64,000 nt of DNA, from contig NW_025764891.1 in NCBI RefSeq assembly GCF_003918875.1, positions 434,001-498,000 on the forward strand. The letters are read 5' to 3'. The position numbers were made by a program, and so were the translations under genes. The number at the start of each line of letters is the position of its first letter. Position 1 is the first letter of the stretch. Below are positions 12,301 through 23,927 of the stretch, piece after piece. The notes under the pieces are model-generated. The model was not told the origin of the DNA and did no database searches. It saw only the letters and a program-made list of their open reading frames with translations. Source of the DNA: Haliotis rubra (lineage: Eukaryota).

Positions 12301-15300
12301 GAGAAGCTTTCTTGGAAAATGTATGATCATTATATCTTTGCCTTTTGTATTGTCTCAATTAACCGGGTATTGCGTAGCCTGAATGAGCGAGTAGTGCTGT
12401 TTAAAGCCACAGTCAGCAATATGCCAACAATATGCTGTTAGTCTGTAGGGGCGGTGGGGTAGCCTAATGGTTAAAGCGTTGGCTCGTCACGCCGAAGACC
12501 CGGGTTCGAATCCCCACATGGGCACAATGTGTGAAGCCCATTTCTGGTGTCCCCCGCCGTGATGTTGCTGGAATATTGCTAAAAGCGGCGTAAAACCAAA
12601 CTCAGTCAGTCAGTCAGTTAGTCTGTAAATGGTCAAGTCTGGAACATGCAATCCAGTGGTTGATAATATGAGCTTGCCTTCATTTCATCGACCAAGACGC
12701 GGAGCCTGACCACCCGATCAATTAGGTTCCCCCCTAGATCAGCATACTTTGTTAGGGGCCAGTTCTAACCCAGAAGTCCTCGTGTAGCTGCTCTAGTGGA
12801 GTACTAGCAATGGGAAGCTGGAAACTGTGTGAGAGGGACTATGAAGACCTGTTGGTACATATAGTCTGCCAGTGTACATGTACCGAACAACAACGAGAAG
12901 AGTTGTGGTGCAGCATACTATCCATTGAGCCAATAGACCTGAGTGTGACGCTTCACACCATGAATGATGTGGATATGGTTTGCTGCCTCTTATCCTGGCG
13001 ACCTCCAGTACCTCTGAACGGAGGTGATGATGACATTTATGCTCCGATGTTGATCAATGGACTATTCAGACTGTGTTTGATGATTCAGTAAACCACTGGA
13101 TTGTGAACACAATCTAGCAGGCTTGCAAGTTTGCATGCTTGCACACTTCGCCTTCTCGCATTCCTGAAATTGTATATACTCTAGAATTCTTGCATTCTCA
13201 AAATTGTACATTCCATCGCGTTCTCGCATTTCTGAAATTGTATACTCTCTTGCATCCTCGAAATTGTACATTCTTTCGCATTTTCGCATTTTTGAAATTG
13301 TATATTCTCTCACATTCTCATGATTTCTGATGTAACTCTCCTCAGGAGGAATAAAGAACATAATAATAATAATGCTCATAGCGCTAACAATCAAAGCTCA
13401 GCACATTATGACCCGGATAACCCAAGCCGCCTGTAAGGCGCTAGAAGGTTAACAGTCACATGACTTATCCCATCGGGTACCCATTTTCTGCTGGGTGAAC
13501 AGAGATAATTTTGAACTAACTCACTTTCCTAAGGTGAGATCACGTGTATCAAATGTGCTTCGTTGTGGAGCAGGACTGAAGTGCTAGAAACTCCCAGGAG
13601 TCAAGGTGCTAAACACAGTCACCAAGCCAAGGACTCTCCGTGCCCAACGTTGCTTAACTTCAACTGATTTGTGACCTGCTCTCTATGCACAGGACCCCAC
13701 ACCACATTCTATCGATAAAGTGATCGGTGATGCATGAGAGAGTTTAAGTTTGCTGGGCCTGCCAAACAGACCGAGCACTGACCCCCCTTTAGCGGTGAGG
13801 TGAAATGGTGTTTAACGCCATGTTCAAGATTATACATCGACGTGCATCATATGCACGTGTGTGTTTACTTACTCAAAGCCCATTTTCATCCCATTTTTGC
13901 CGAGCACCAGACCGGCCCCTTTCACGTTGCAAATATGTCACATGTGTATGTTGTGACGCTCTTCAAATGAACTCCCTCACTCTGTCCCTAGGTGATGTAC
14001 GTGACTGCTACTTCCCCATACATCTTCATGCTGTGTCTGCTGATCAGAAACGCCCTCCTCGACGGCGCATACGACGGCGTCATTTTTTACCTGAAGCCAA
14101 ACGTTGCTAAGCTAGCTGACATTCAGGTACGTTCATCTGCCCCTTTTGTTCCTCAAATGACTCAGACCTGTACATACTCAAGTGAAGATTGTGGTTAAGC
14201 GGATTCCACTCATAGATTGGACTAACGTCTAGTTTCTGAAATGAACCCAGTTTACAGAAAATAAAATAAAATAAAATAAAAAGGAGCCCAAAGACTTTAT
14301 TCATGCTCAGAAAATAGACTATTCTGTCATACAGACCCTGAAACAAACATATCCAAGAAAACCCATGCAAGTCTAGAATATGTGGCAAATCTCTGGAAAT
14401 GAAGAAAGTCTCTGGGCTCCTTTTCATTATATTTTCTAGGGGCGGTGGGGTAGCCTAGTGGTTAAAGCGTTGGCTCGTCACGCCGATGACCAGGGTTCGA
14501 TTCTTCTGGGTACAATGTGTTCATTTCTGGTGAGACGTGATATTGCTGGAATATTGCTAAAAGCGGCGTAAAACTAAACTCAGTCAGTCAGTCAGTTATA
14601 TTTTCTAATTATTTTTTATGAACAGTTTTCTTCTGTAAAATATGTTCATTTCAGAGGCTAGATCTTAGTTTAAAGATAGACAAGCCACGTATTGTGGGCT
14701 ACATTGGGTATATATGTTTCAGGGTACGTACACAATGTGTCAGGGTACGACAGACTACTGATAGATTTACATAATTATTTAAAGACAGTTTCGCATGGCA
14801 TTTTTCCCGTAAACAAATCAGGATGCTTTTGTGTTTCAATGTTAAACAGTTAAATGTTCCCGTGCATGACTGGTACTTAAGGATAGTGTATACCTATATG
14901 GCTATTCCAGGTGTGGGTGGATGCTGGGACCCAGATCTTCTTCTCTTATTCCATATCACTGGGTGCGCTGACAGCGCTTGGATCCTACAACAAGTTCCAT
15001 CACAATTCCTACAGGTAATATTACTGATAACGACAAGCCTAAACATGTGAGGAGGGTTCACTAACACCCCCCGACCGTGACTCACAACTAAACTGACATT
15101 GACACCCCTTTATAAGACTTGTTAAAAACCTGCAGGCCCCGGAACAATTAGGTCTGCTAGATAATAGATAAATAATGTTCTACCTGGGTGAGACATTGCC
15201 AAATACAGGAATAGTTCCAAATTTGGAAACAATTCATGACAAGATAACCATTAGGGACACCTATCAATAGACAAAGAAATGTTCCCCAAATCTGAAAACA

Positions 15301-18300
15301 ATCCATCAAATAATTTACAAGCTATTTGTTGAACAAAAATTTCAAAGTTGTACACTGTACCTCTCCTTTAGACAAAGAATTTCAAAATTAAGAAATTTTT
15401 CAACCATACTTTTGAAATCATTGATTTAACACACTTCTCTAAGTTCAACTTCGTAAATTGCTGTAAAGTTTGAAAACAAAATAAAATATCATAATCACAA
15501 TTTGCACTGCCGATGTTGTATCCGAGACACCAAAAGTTCGCAGGGCTCGTCCGGGATTCGAACCCGGGACCTCTCGCACCCAAAGCGAGAATCATACCCC
15601 TAGACCAACGAGCCTCGCATGGTTCAGCTGGCTATGTTAAGGATCCAGATCGCTAAGAAAGGCAGGAAAGCGTCCACGACAGGCAACCGCCAAAACAATG
15701 CAACTTTACACAAGTGTTTACTAACATAAAAACATAACATTACATTTAATTCTACACTGTCTAACCTAGATGTGCAAACACGACGGCCTTGCGACGGATG
15801 TGCAAACTTCGACGTGAACCCATTACCTTTGTCTGAAACGACTAAAGGACTCGATATTTATCTGAAACACGAGTTGTCTACCTTTGATTCATGTTAGAAT
15901 ATGAAGACGTGCATTACACAGGCAATTAAAGCTTTTCACTTTGACTGACTGACTGACTGAGTTTGGTTTTACGCCGCTTTTAGCAATATTACAGCAACAT
16001 CAAGGCGGTGGACACCAGAAATGGGCATTACACGGGCCATGTGGGGATTCGAACCCGGGCTTCGGCGTTTCAACGCTTTGAACACCGCCCCTTTTCACTT
16101 TGAACAATCACCACACAATGTAATGCAGTCAGACTTTTTGCAAACACTTTGAATCCATACCCTACGCCGAATTCTCCCCTACCCCAGCCACCACCACTCA
16201 CAAAAATCACGTGTGAAAAAAGAAAAGAAAAGAACAGCAGCACACATTAATTTCGCCAACTACATATTTGTAAAAAGTTACATTAAGAAACATAGCTACC
16301 ATCGCTGTAAATATAAATGAATTAAAATATTATAATCAGAACCTGTTGATACTCTATGTATTTTGAAATCCCTTGGCACTTATAACTTTGATACTCAAGA
16401 AAGAAAAACGTTTATAGTTCGGCTGGCTCAAACGGCTCATGAATTGCAATCTAACTCGAAATATAATATACATGTAATACTTAATGAAACGCTGATCATG
16501 ATCAAAACATCAGACCAACTCGGTGAGTTTTTGCAGAATTTATGTCCAAATATTTACACAGTTCACTATTTGTTACGAGGGAGGAGTGCAAAGAGAGGAA
16601 CAGCCAGGTGTACGTGTAGCACGCGCACAAGTGCCGACAAAGTCATTGATTCATTTACCTGTGCTTTCATCCTTTCTCGCACACCCGGCTGTTCCTCTCT
16701 TTGCACTCCTCCCTCAGAACAAATAGTGAACTGTGTAAATATTTTAATGATAATGATAGTTTATTAAACAACTTTTTAATTTTTAGGACATAAATTTTGC
16801 AAAAAGATCACAGAGTTGATCTGATGTTTTGATTATGATCAGCGTTACATTGAGTATTATATGTTTATTAGCTTTCGAATTGGATTGCAATTCATCGATC
16901 CGCCTTTGGGCCAAACGGACTGGAAAAAAATGAAGACGAAAATATTCTGCGATAAGTGTTGTTCATTCTTAGTATCTTCGATTACTTACTTTGGACGAAT
17001 CACATTTTTCAGGACAAATTCAGATGTCAGATTAGCATAAAGGACCGAGAGAGATTTGTACTCATTTCTAAACAGTCTCACAAGTTCTGATTCGCTCCAT
17101 TATTTACCTGACCGCGTCATATAGCTGGAATAGTGCGGTGTTAAACAACAGACAGGTGGTTGTGTGATGAGATCAACGTTGCTCGTGCTATCAACCACGG
17201 GTTTGCCCATCCGAGACTCTACAAGTTCCAGAAGAGAAGCTAAAATATCATTGACCACAGCGTGAAACGACGCAATGTGGAGATACGTTACATGTTGCAG
17301 ATGTCCATTAGACTGACCTGAATACATACATGAGTACTTGCTTGGAGGAGTTCTCAGATCTTAATGCAGAGGGAAGCAGTGGGGTAGCCTAGTAGTTAAA
17401 GAGTCCGCTTGTCACGATGAAGACCTGGGTTCGAATCCCCACATGGGTACAATGTGTGAAGCCCATTTCTGGAGTTCCCCGCCGATATTGCTGGAATATT
17501 GCTAAAAGCGGTGTAAAAACACACTCACTCACTCACTCATGCAGATAGGCATCCGTCGAACTGAAGGATAAGATTTCTGTGTGATTGTAGCACGCATCAG
17601 TAGACTATATGCCGACATATGCATGGTTTTGTCTGATCACAACAGCAGGGGAAAGCTCCCCTTTTAACATCTCAAGACTGGAGTACTGGTCAAGCGGTGC
17701 CAAACCCATTTCACTCACTCACTACCCGTGTTTCAGGGATGCGGTCCTGTTCGCACTCACCAACAGTGGTACCAGCTTCTTCGCCGGCTTCATCGTGTTC
17801 ACCATCTTGGGCTACATGGCGAAGACCCAGGGCAGATCTATAGAAGACGTGGCCGAATCAGGTAAGCAGACGACATGGTAGTCTGTCTCACAGTCCCTGA
17901 ACAACAATATTTTTCCCTACTGCCCAACCCTCCCTGCAATTCTAAAGCTCTAAATGAAGCAAGTCCAGATTTCTCCAGGTTCAGGAATCTCTGGTCTCCC
18001 TGGGGTTCCTTTTCAATTTAAATGGATCTATTTGTTACAATCAAAATTATATATATTCAGAGACTAAGCGCGTTAGTCTTACGACATGGGAGAGCTACAC
18101 AATACCAGATTCGCTATGCATGTGGATATTTTCATTGAATGGTCTATTTTTCTCCTGTGTCTACAACATATACTACTCAAAGGAGTAAAAGAAATCCTTT
18201 TCTCAAATTACGTTATAATAAATGCAGTCAAAAGAAAAATTTTGTTTTGTTTAGTAGTTCATATGTACGCCCAGGTTGTGCCTGTTCCTAACCGTTGTTG

Positions 18301-21300
18301 TACAGTATGACAGGTTCTCTCAAATTTTACAGTATTCAAATTTTTTGCCTAAGACTTGGCATTTCCACTGTTTGGTTTTGAAACCAGAATAAACATAAAA
18401 AAAACATTTGAAAATAGGATCTTGTCTGTATGTTCGGTGAAGTTACCCTACACAAGTATAATCTTTCAAGTGGCAAATTCATGGGCCAAGGGAGACAACT
18501 CCATGTACCATGACATGTTTCCACACTCTTTGGTGTATCACTATTTCAGCATTACTGTGCACAGCTTTTTTTTATGCAACTTATGAACATGTGATGTAAA
18601 ATAAATTTATTTCAGAACACCTTAAGTACTTTAAAAATGTTCACATATTTTGACTTAATGATTTGTATACTAACTCCCGTCTCATCTCATCCAGGTCCGG
18701 GCCTGGCCTTCATTGCCTATCCTAAGGCTGTGGCTCAGATGCCCGCGGCTCCTGTGTGGTCCATCCTCTTCTTTCTCATGATCATCTTACTGGGTCTCGA
18801 CAGTCAGGTATGTGGCGACCATCCTATTGGACCGATGAATTACAATCTAACTCGAAAAATAATAAACTTATAATACTCAATGAAACGCTGATCATAATCA
18901 AAAAATCAGACCAACTCTGTGATTTATTTGCAGAATTTATGTCCTAAAAATAAAAATGTTGTTTAACAAACTATCATTAAAATTTTGACACAGTTCACTA
19001 TTTGTTAAGAAGGAGGAGTGCAAAGAGAGGGAGACTTGAGAACATTTAAAAACCGGTTATTACCGCTGATGCATTTTGTATGATTTTCCGGGATGATAAC
19101 GAGATAGGGCGTGGACTGTCCGTGTTTGCGTGATTATAGTTTCTTCTTCAGTATAGTTCGTGTACGTGTAATGAAAATGATAATAATAATAATACTTTGC
19201 ATATTTTATAGCGCCATCCATAAGCAAGCTCAAAGGGCTAACATTGTAACATTTCCCCAGGTGTTTTGGGTTTGTGTGCACTTTCTTTCTCATTTGGAAG
19301 TATACGTCCCAAGCTGGATTTTGAGTGGCTAGAAGGTTAACAGTAACATCCCCTCCTACCGGGTACCCATTTACTGCTGGGTGATCAGAATCATATTTTG
19401 AAGAAGGTCAAAAGATAATAGACGTGCTTCTTGCATTTAAATGTAGGACATTACTGGAGCCCTAAAACCTCTCTGTTATATGACGTTTCTATATCTGTAT
19501 AGTTCTCTGAGCAGTTATTGTGTAATGCATATCGTTGATGTGAACTAGTGATTGTGTACTGTGTGTTTCTGTTTGTAGTTCGTGGGTGTTGAGGGTGTGA
19601 TCACGGCCGTGGTGGACCAGTATCCCTCCTACCTCAGAAAGGGCTACCGCAAAGAGATCTTCATCGGCATTGTGTGTTTCTTATCTTTCCTTATCGGCCT
19701 TTCCATGGTGACAAACGTAAGTAAAGCCTTTTTCTTGACCGACCAATTTCAGTTACAGATGTAAACCAGCAACGGTACTTTATGTACATNNNNNNNNNNN
19801 NNNNNNNNNNNNNNNNNNNNNNNNNNNNNNNNNNNNNNNNNNNNNNNNNNNNNNNNNNNNNNNNNNNNNNNNNNNNNNNNNNNNNNNNNNNNNNNNNNNN
19901 NNNNNNNNNNNNNNNNNNNNNNNNNNNNNNNNNNNNNNNNNNNNNNNNNNNNNNNNNNNNNNNNNNNNNNNNNNNNNNNNNNNNNNNNNNNNCAGTAGTC
20001 TATCCACATACATCACCTCTTCCTATATCATCACCCACCGAGCAGATTATTCGACCCCTTTCAGAACCGATCGGGGCGGTGAGGTAGCCTAGTGGTTAAA
20101 GCGTTCGCTCGTCACGCCGAACACCCGGGTTCGATTCCCCACATGGATACAATGTGTGAGGCCCATTTCTGGTGTCCCCGCCGTGATATTGCTGGAATAT
20201 TGCTAAAAGCGCCGTAAAACCAAACTCAGTCAGTCAGTCAGTCTGTCTCACAGTCCCTGAACCACATTAATTTCCCTACTGCCAAGCCCTCTCTGCAGTG
20301 CTAAAGCCCTAAATATAGCAAGTCTAGATTTCCTCAGGTTCAGGAATCTCTGAATCTCTGGTCGCCCTGGGGCTCCTTTTCAATATAAATGGGCTTGTTT
20401 GTTACTATCAAAATTATATATATTCAGAGACTAAGCCTTAGTCTATCAGTCAGTCAGAACCGATCCCATCACCATCACCATCACCTACCACCGGCACCTA
20501 GCTTCACACTTCGTCCACACCAATGTAACCCCCAATCGACGATAGGCTGTACACAGCGTAATCTGTATTGATATAAGTGACAACAGAATAAAAGGAGTGA
20601 ATTACAAAGATGCTGTCATATGGATAATGAACACATCTATGTAACCAGATAGAGAAACAGCGGAGTTAATCTACGTCCATCAGTACGAATTTGTTGCAAG
20701 GGAAATACTATTTTCAATGTACACTTTCTACCGTTAATGACATGCTCGATGTATTATTTGGGTACAGTGAAGCCAATTTCTCGTCTCCCTCGCCTTGATA
20801 TTGCTGGAATATTGCTAAATGCGGCTTATAAACATATTCACTAAGCACCACCCCACACATTAACAATGTAGACCCGTGGTGAGAAATGAGTGAGTGAGAT
20901 TGTTTTACGCCGCTGTCAACTAGGTAGGAAGTGACCATATGTGTTGAATGTTTCAGGGAGGGATGTACGTGTTCCAGCTCTTCGACTACTATTCAGGAAG
21001 TCGTATTATTCTTTTGGTGGCTTTCTTCGAGCTCATCGCCATCGGCTATATCTATGGTGAGTTGCATTAACATATTGAGATTCGCCCCAACTCATGCTTG
21101 TCGTAAGAGGCGACTAACGGGATCGGGCGGTCAGGACCGCTGACTTGGTTTACACATGTCATCGTATCCCATTTGCGCAGATCGATGCTCATGCTGTTGT
21201 TCACTGGACTGTCTGGTCCAGACTCGATTATTTACAGACAGCCGCCATATAGCTGGAGTACTGCTGAGTGCGGCGTTAAACAGCAACCAACCTCAACTAC

Positions 21301-23927
21301 TGTGGCGAATAATTTTAACACCGCTTTGAACAGTTTTTCATTGATGTCACCTTGATGTGGATTGTGATATGACAATTCATTGTTACGCATCGATGCATCG
21401 ATCCATGGGCCGCCGATAAAGTGAATCGATACGAAGTATTACATTGTCGTATATCCCGATACGATACTTCAAAAGGGCCACGATACATCGATTTTTAACT
21501 GTGAATATTGCCGAATCGCGATATCTGTCAAGAAAACAACTTACTTTTGTTTGATGATTAAAATACATGATTACTTATTTTCCCTTCAAAAGTAAACGTT
21601 TTCTCCGAATTTTTTGCGTCAAGAACTGTGTCAGACATAGCACATAGCATAGATGTGGAACGAATGCAGATCGAAGAATTTTATTGATAACAAAATGTGA
21701 ACCAGCCGAAGTTCGAACCAATGATCATAGGTGTCTTGCACACCCAAGGGACATAACACTGCGCGACGAGATGCAGAGTCTGGTCCACCGGTGTTGTAAC
21801 AACGGCTGCATTGGTTGATTGTTGTTTAACACCGCACTCAGCTATATGGTGACGGTTTGTAAATAATCGAGTCTCGACCAGACAAGCCATTGATCAACAA
21901 GCATGAGCATCGATCTCTGCAACTGGGATAGGATGACATGTGTCAACCAAGTCAGCGAGCCTGACCATCCGATCCCGTTAGTCGCCACTTTCGACAAGCA
22001 TGGGTTGCTGAAGATTAATTCTAATCCGGATCCACAACGACTGGAAGGGCAAAGGGGTAGTCGTATGGTTAAAGCGTTCACTCGTCACACCGAAGACCCC
22101 TGTTTAATTCCCCATACGGTAACAATATGTGGAGCCCTTTTCCGATATTGCTGGAGAATTGGTCACCATAACACCATACACACTCAACTCACTCACTCCA
22201 GAAAGACAATGATTCGTCAGTCATTAGTAGGTTGGTCCGCTAACAAGGAGTCGGGGAAACTTAATGACTGTAACCCTTCACACAATGTTGAACCTTCTGT
22301 TTTCAGGTGTAAACCGCTTCCTGGCCAACATTGAGATGATGCTTGGCTGGAACATCCTCCCTTTCATGAAGATCTGCTGGCTGTTTTTCTCGCCCCTTTT
22401 CTGCATTGTGAGTTCTTTGAATGCTATGTTGAAATCAATGATATCTCAAATACTGTGCTCCATGCTATGTTGAATTCAATGATATGTCAAATACCGTGCT
22501 CCATGCTATGTTGAAATCAATGATATGTCAAATACCGTGCTCCATGCTATGTTGAATTCAATGATATGTCAAATACCGTGCTCCATGCTATGTTAAAGAT
22601 TCTGCTCAAAGGAGTCGTCACTGACACTAATATATTTAATACCCTGTGGTTTTGCAGTCCATCTTCGTGATGAGTGCCATAAACTACTCGGAGCTGACCT
22701 ACGAAAGGCCATCAGTAGTGTACACCTACCCGGACTGGGCGGTAGCTATCGGATGGACAATGGCGTGTTTCTCCATCATCTGGGTGCCCATCATCGCTCT
22801 CTACAAGTACCTCAAGTGCAGGGTACGTTGTAAGGCAGTAGTTGGTGATTCAATATTCACAGTCTGGTGAAATATAGACAAACTACACATCTAAGACATC
22901 ATTGCGTGGATTACGGCAGATAATGCAAGCATTGAGCATCGTTTGTTTGCTGTTTAATGCATCGCTCAGGAGTATGCCAGTATCTAAAGGCATTTTGTTT
23001 ATAACGGAGCCAGGACACGAAAATACAGAAATACAGAAATTTACATCATAAGCATCGGTCGATTCATTTTGTTGATATATTTGAATTCCTTACACATTTT
23101 TACATATTTAAAAGCCTTAAATACTGTATTATATTATACTTTAGCTTCATTACAATGAACTTCAGGTGGTAAAATGACAAAAAATTGTAAATCTACGAAG
23201 AAAAACAATGTGACATTACTCTACATACTACTCTGTTAAACATTTTATTTTGTGAAATTACACATTGATCTTTCTTCTTTACATTGCAACCAGTTTGGGT
23301 GAAGTACTGAGTATTTGTAGTTGGGAAATGGCATTTGAAAGGATGCAGCAGTTTATCTGAAAAAAATGCTGAGTCATCGCTTCAACGCTCCCTAGTGGGC
23401 TAAAGCCACAGCTTTGATTTGTAAGACTGAATTTTTTGGATTCGTGAGGCAATTGTACATCAGAATACATGTTCAAACCTTTTGGCCTCTCTCGGTACAA
23501 AAATCACCACAGGGCTCTTGGACTAACAGTGCCTACGTTCAGAGAACTCTGCCACCAATGTGTTTATTCCGGACGTAACGGCTTGTACATTCAGGGCAAC
23601 TGAACTTGCCTGTTTTAAGTTTTTACACAGCTTGAAGTAACCGTTCCAAAACTGTAGAACTTGTGTCCAGGTATGAAGCAAACATACTCGCAATCTATAT
23701 ATTTACAGGACTTTAGAGTGTTGTTACGTCCAACGGGCCTGAAACAACATCAGATGCGGCCGTGTGACTACGGGTACAAGACCTACGACGACGTCTTGAA
23801 AGAAAGGGCAGGGTTGACTACTACTACACAGTACGCTCCCCCAGCGGCAAGCAGAGACACGCCCCCGCCATCGTACGAGAACCCAGCCTTCGAGAAGGGC
23901 AAGGAGTCCTACTATACTCAGTTATAA
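6397..23927 (+). CDS. SLC6-family Na+/Cl--dependent transporter, taurine/GABA/creatine subgroup (5'-partial; 12 coding exons)
   Basis: Exons, all AG/GT-bounded with consistent phases: 6397-6528, 9556-9835, 11275-11407, 13992-14126, 14911-15014, 17737-17861, 18695-18807, 19579-19716, 20957-21056, 22307-22407, 22658-22822, 23709-23927 (TAA). Hallmark motifs: [84 protein letters not shown]. The TM1 exon (GLGNVWRFPY) was not found in the window. Confidence 0.95.
6950..7306 (+). mobile_element. SINE family C: tRNA head + Meta-like central domain + (CACCT)n tail
   Basis: A/B-box head (gtggttagagcg...gggtccgatccc), cgtcataccaaaagacgttaaaa...cggcattaa core, ~17-bp TSD cctgccgccc(c/t)tccaga. Confidence 0.85.
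7357..7453. mobile_element. Short PIF/Harbinger-like MITE
   Basis: gggtgtcgttgtacaaa / tttgtacaccggcaccc inverted ends flanked by ctg. Confidence 0.45.
8615..8783 (+). mobile_element. SINE family A
   Basis: tRNA-like head, tail gctggagtattgctaaaagtggcgtaaaa, (ACTC)n. Confidence 0.85.
8858..9004 (-). mobile_element. Mini Penelope-like retro-insertion with a hammerhead ribozyme core
   Basis: 16-bp TSD aaattgggtccagttt (8842-8857, 9005-9020). Inverted arms 8887-8921/8971-9005. The minus strand at 8972-8939 reads CTGATGA-AGGAGC-loop-GCTCT-GAAAC-GTC. Confidence 0.65.
9247..9487 (-). mobile_element. SINE family B, full-length
   Basis: Starts ACCCGCGAAGATCCGAGTTAGAATTGATCTTCAGTAACCC; TSD tagatt. 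Confidence 0.85.
10130..11270. repeat. Complex TGACT-rich minisatellite running up to the exon-3 splice acceptor
   Basis: Units such as ttgactgttacgagtattattgactcatgactattataactatcgttgtat, with higher-order ~80-120-bp periods. Confidence 0.85.
12385..12785 (-). mobile_element. Degenerate SINE family B copy containing a nested SINE family A insertion (12448-12616, + strand, TSD gttagtctgta)
   Basis: Family B segments flank an intact family A copy bounded by an 11-bp duplication. Confidence 0.75.
13140..13325. repeat. ~42-bp minisatellite
   Basis: ctcgcatt(c/t)ctgaaattgta(t/c)at repeated; it produces the repetitive ORFs 13062-13394 and 13139-13330. Confidence 0.75.
13360..13705 (-). mobile_element. 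5S-rRNA-headed SINE with a CORE-like domain and an L2-type (ATT)n tail
   Basis: Minus strand: gaagttaagcaacgttgggcacggagagtccttggcttggtgact (5S A/C-box region), then caccttaggaaagtgagtt...ctctgttcacccagcagaaaatgggtacc, then ...gcgctatgagcattattattat. Confidence 0.6.
14439..14595 (+). mobile_element. SINE family A
   Basis: tRNA head, family tail, (AGTC)n, TSD ttatattttcta. Confidence 0.85.
15543..15614 (-). tRNA. tRNA-Pro (anticodon TGG)
   Basis: GGCTCGTTGGTCTAGGGGTATGATTCTCGCTTTGGGTGCGAGAGGTCCCGGGTTCGAATCCCGGACGAGCCC: a perfect 72-nt cloverleaf matching conserved metazoan tRNA-Pro, with a TTTT terminator a few nt downstream. Intronic and antisense to the SLC6 gene. Confidence 0.97.
15943..16091 (-). 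mobile_element. SINE family A (degenerate)
   Basis: Family sequence, TSD ttttcactttga. Confidence 0.8.
16414..16922. mobile_element. Foldback MITE with ~200-240-bp inverted arms
   Basis: 16436-16612 (...tgaaacgctgatcatgatcaaaacatcag...gtgcaaagagaggaacagcc) is inverted at 16683-16900. A third arm copy lies at 18830-19030. Confidence 0.75.
17371..17538 (+). mobile_element. SINE family A
   Basis: Family head and tail, (ACTC)n, TSD atgcaga. Confidence 0.8.
17879..18080 (+). mobile_element. Single-unit copy of the TAGTCT-ended (AcademH-like) element, 9-bp TSD acgacatgg
   Basis: TSD at 17870-17878 and 18081-18089; 3' hairpin agactaa-gcgcg-ttagtct. Confidence 0.75.
18830..19030. mobile_element. 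One arm of the 16414-16922 foldback MITE family
   Basis: gatgaattacaatctaactcgaaa...tgaaacgctgatcataatcaaaaaatcagacc...ggagtgcaaagagagg. Confidence 0.7.
19180..19400 (-). mobile_element. Partial CORE-like SINE related to 13360-13705
   Basis: Shares tagaaggttaacagt...gggtacccattt.ctgctgggtga and an (ATA)n tail. Confidence 0.55.
20073..20453 (+). mobile_element. SINE family A with a TAGTCT-element copy (~20239-20445) inserted in its (CAGT)n tail
   Basis: The outer TSD tcagaaccgatc (20061-20072, 20454-20465) encloses both elements. Confidence 0.8.
21085..21290 (+). mobile_element. SINE family B, 5'-truncated
   Basis: catgcttgtcgtaagaggcgactaacgggatc...gagtgcggcgttaaac. Confidence 0.8.
21811..22035 (-). 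mobile_element. SINE family B, followed by a degenerate family A copy (~22050-22200, +)
   Basis: Family B sequence in reverse orientation. Confidence 0.75.
22420..22595. repeat. 42-bp tandem repeat x4 filling most of a 250-bp intron
   Basis: catgctatgttgaa(a/t)tcaatgatatgtcaaataccgtgctc. Confidence 0.85.
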
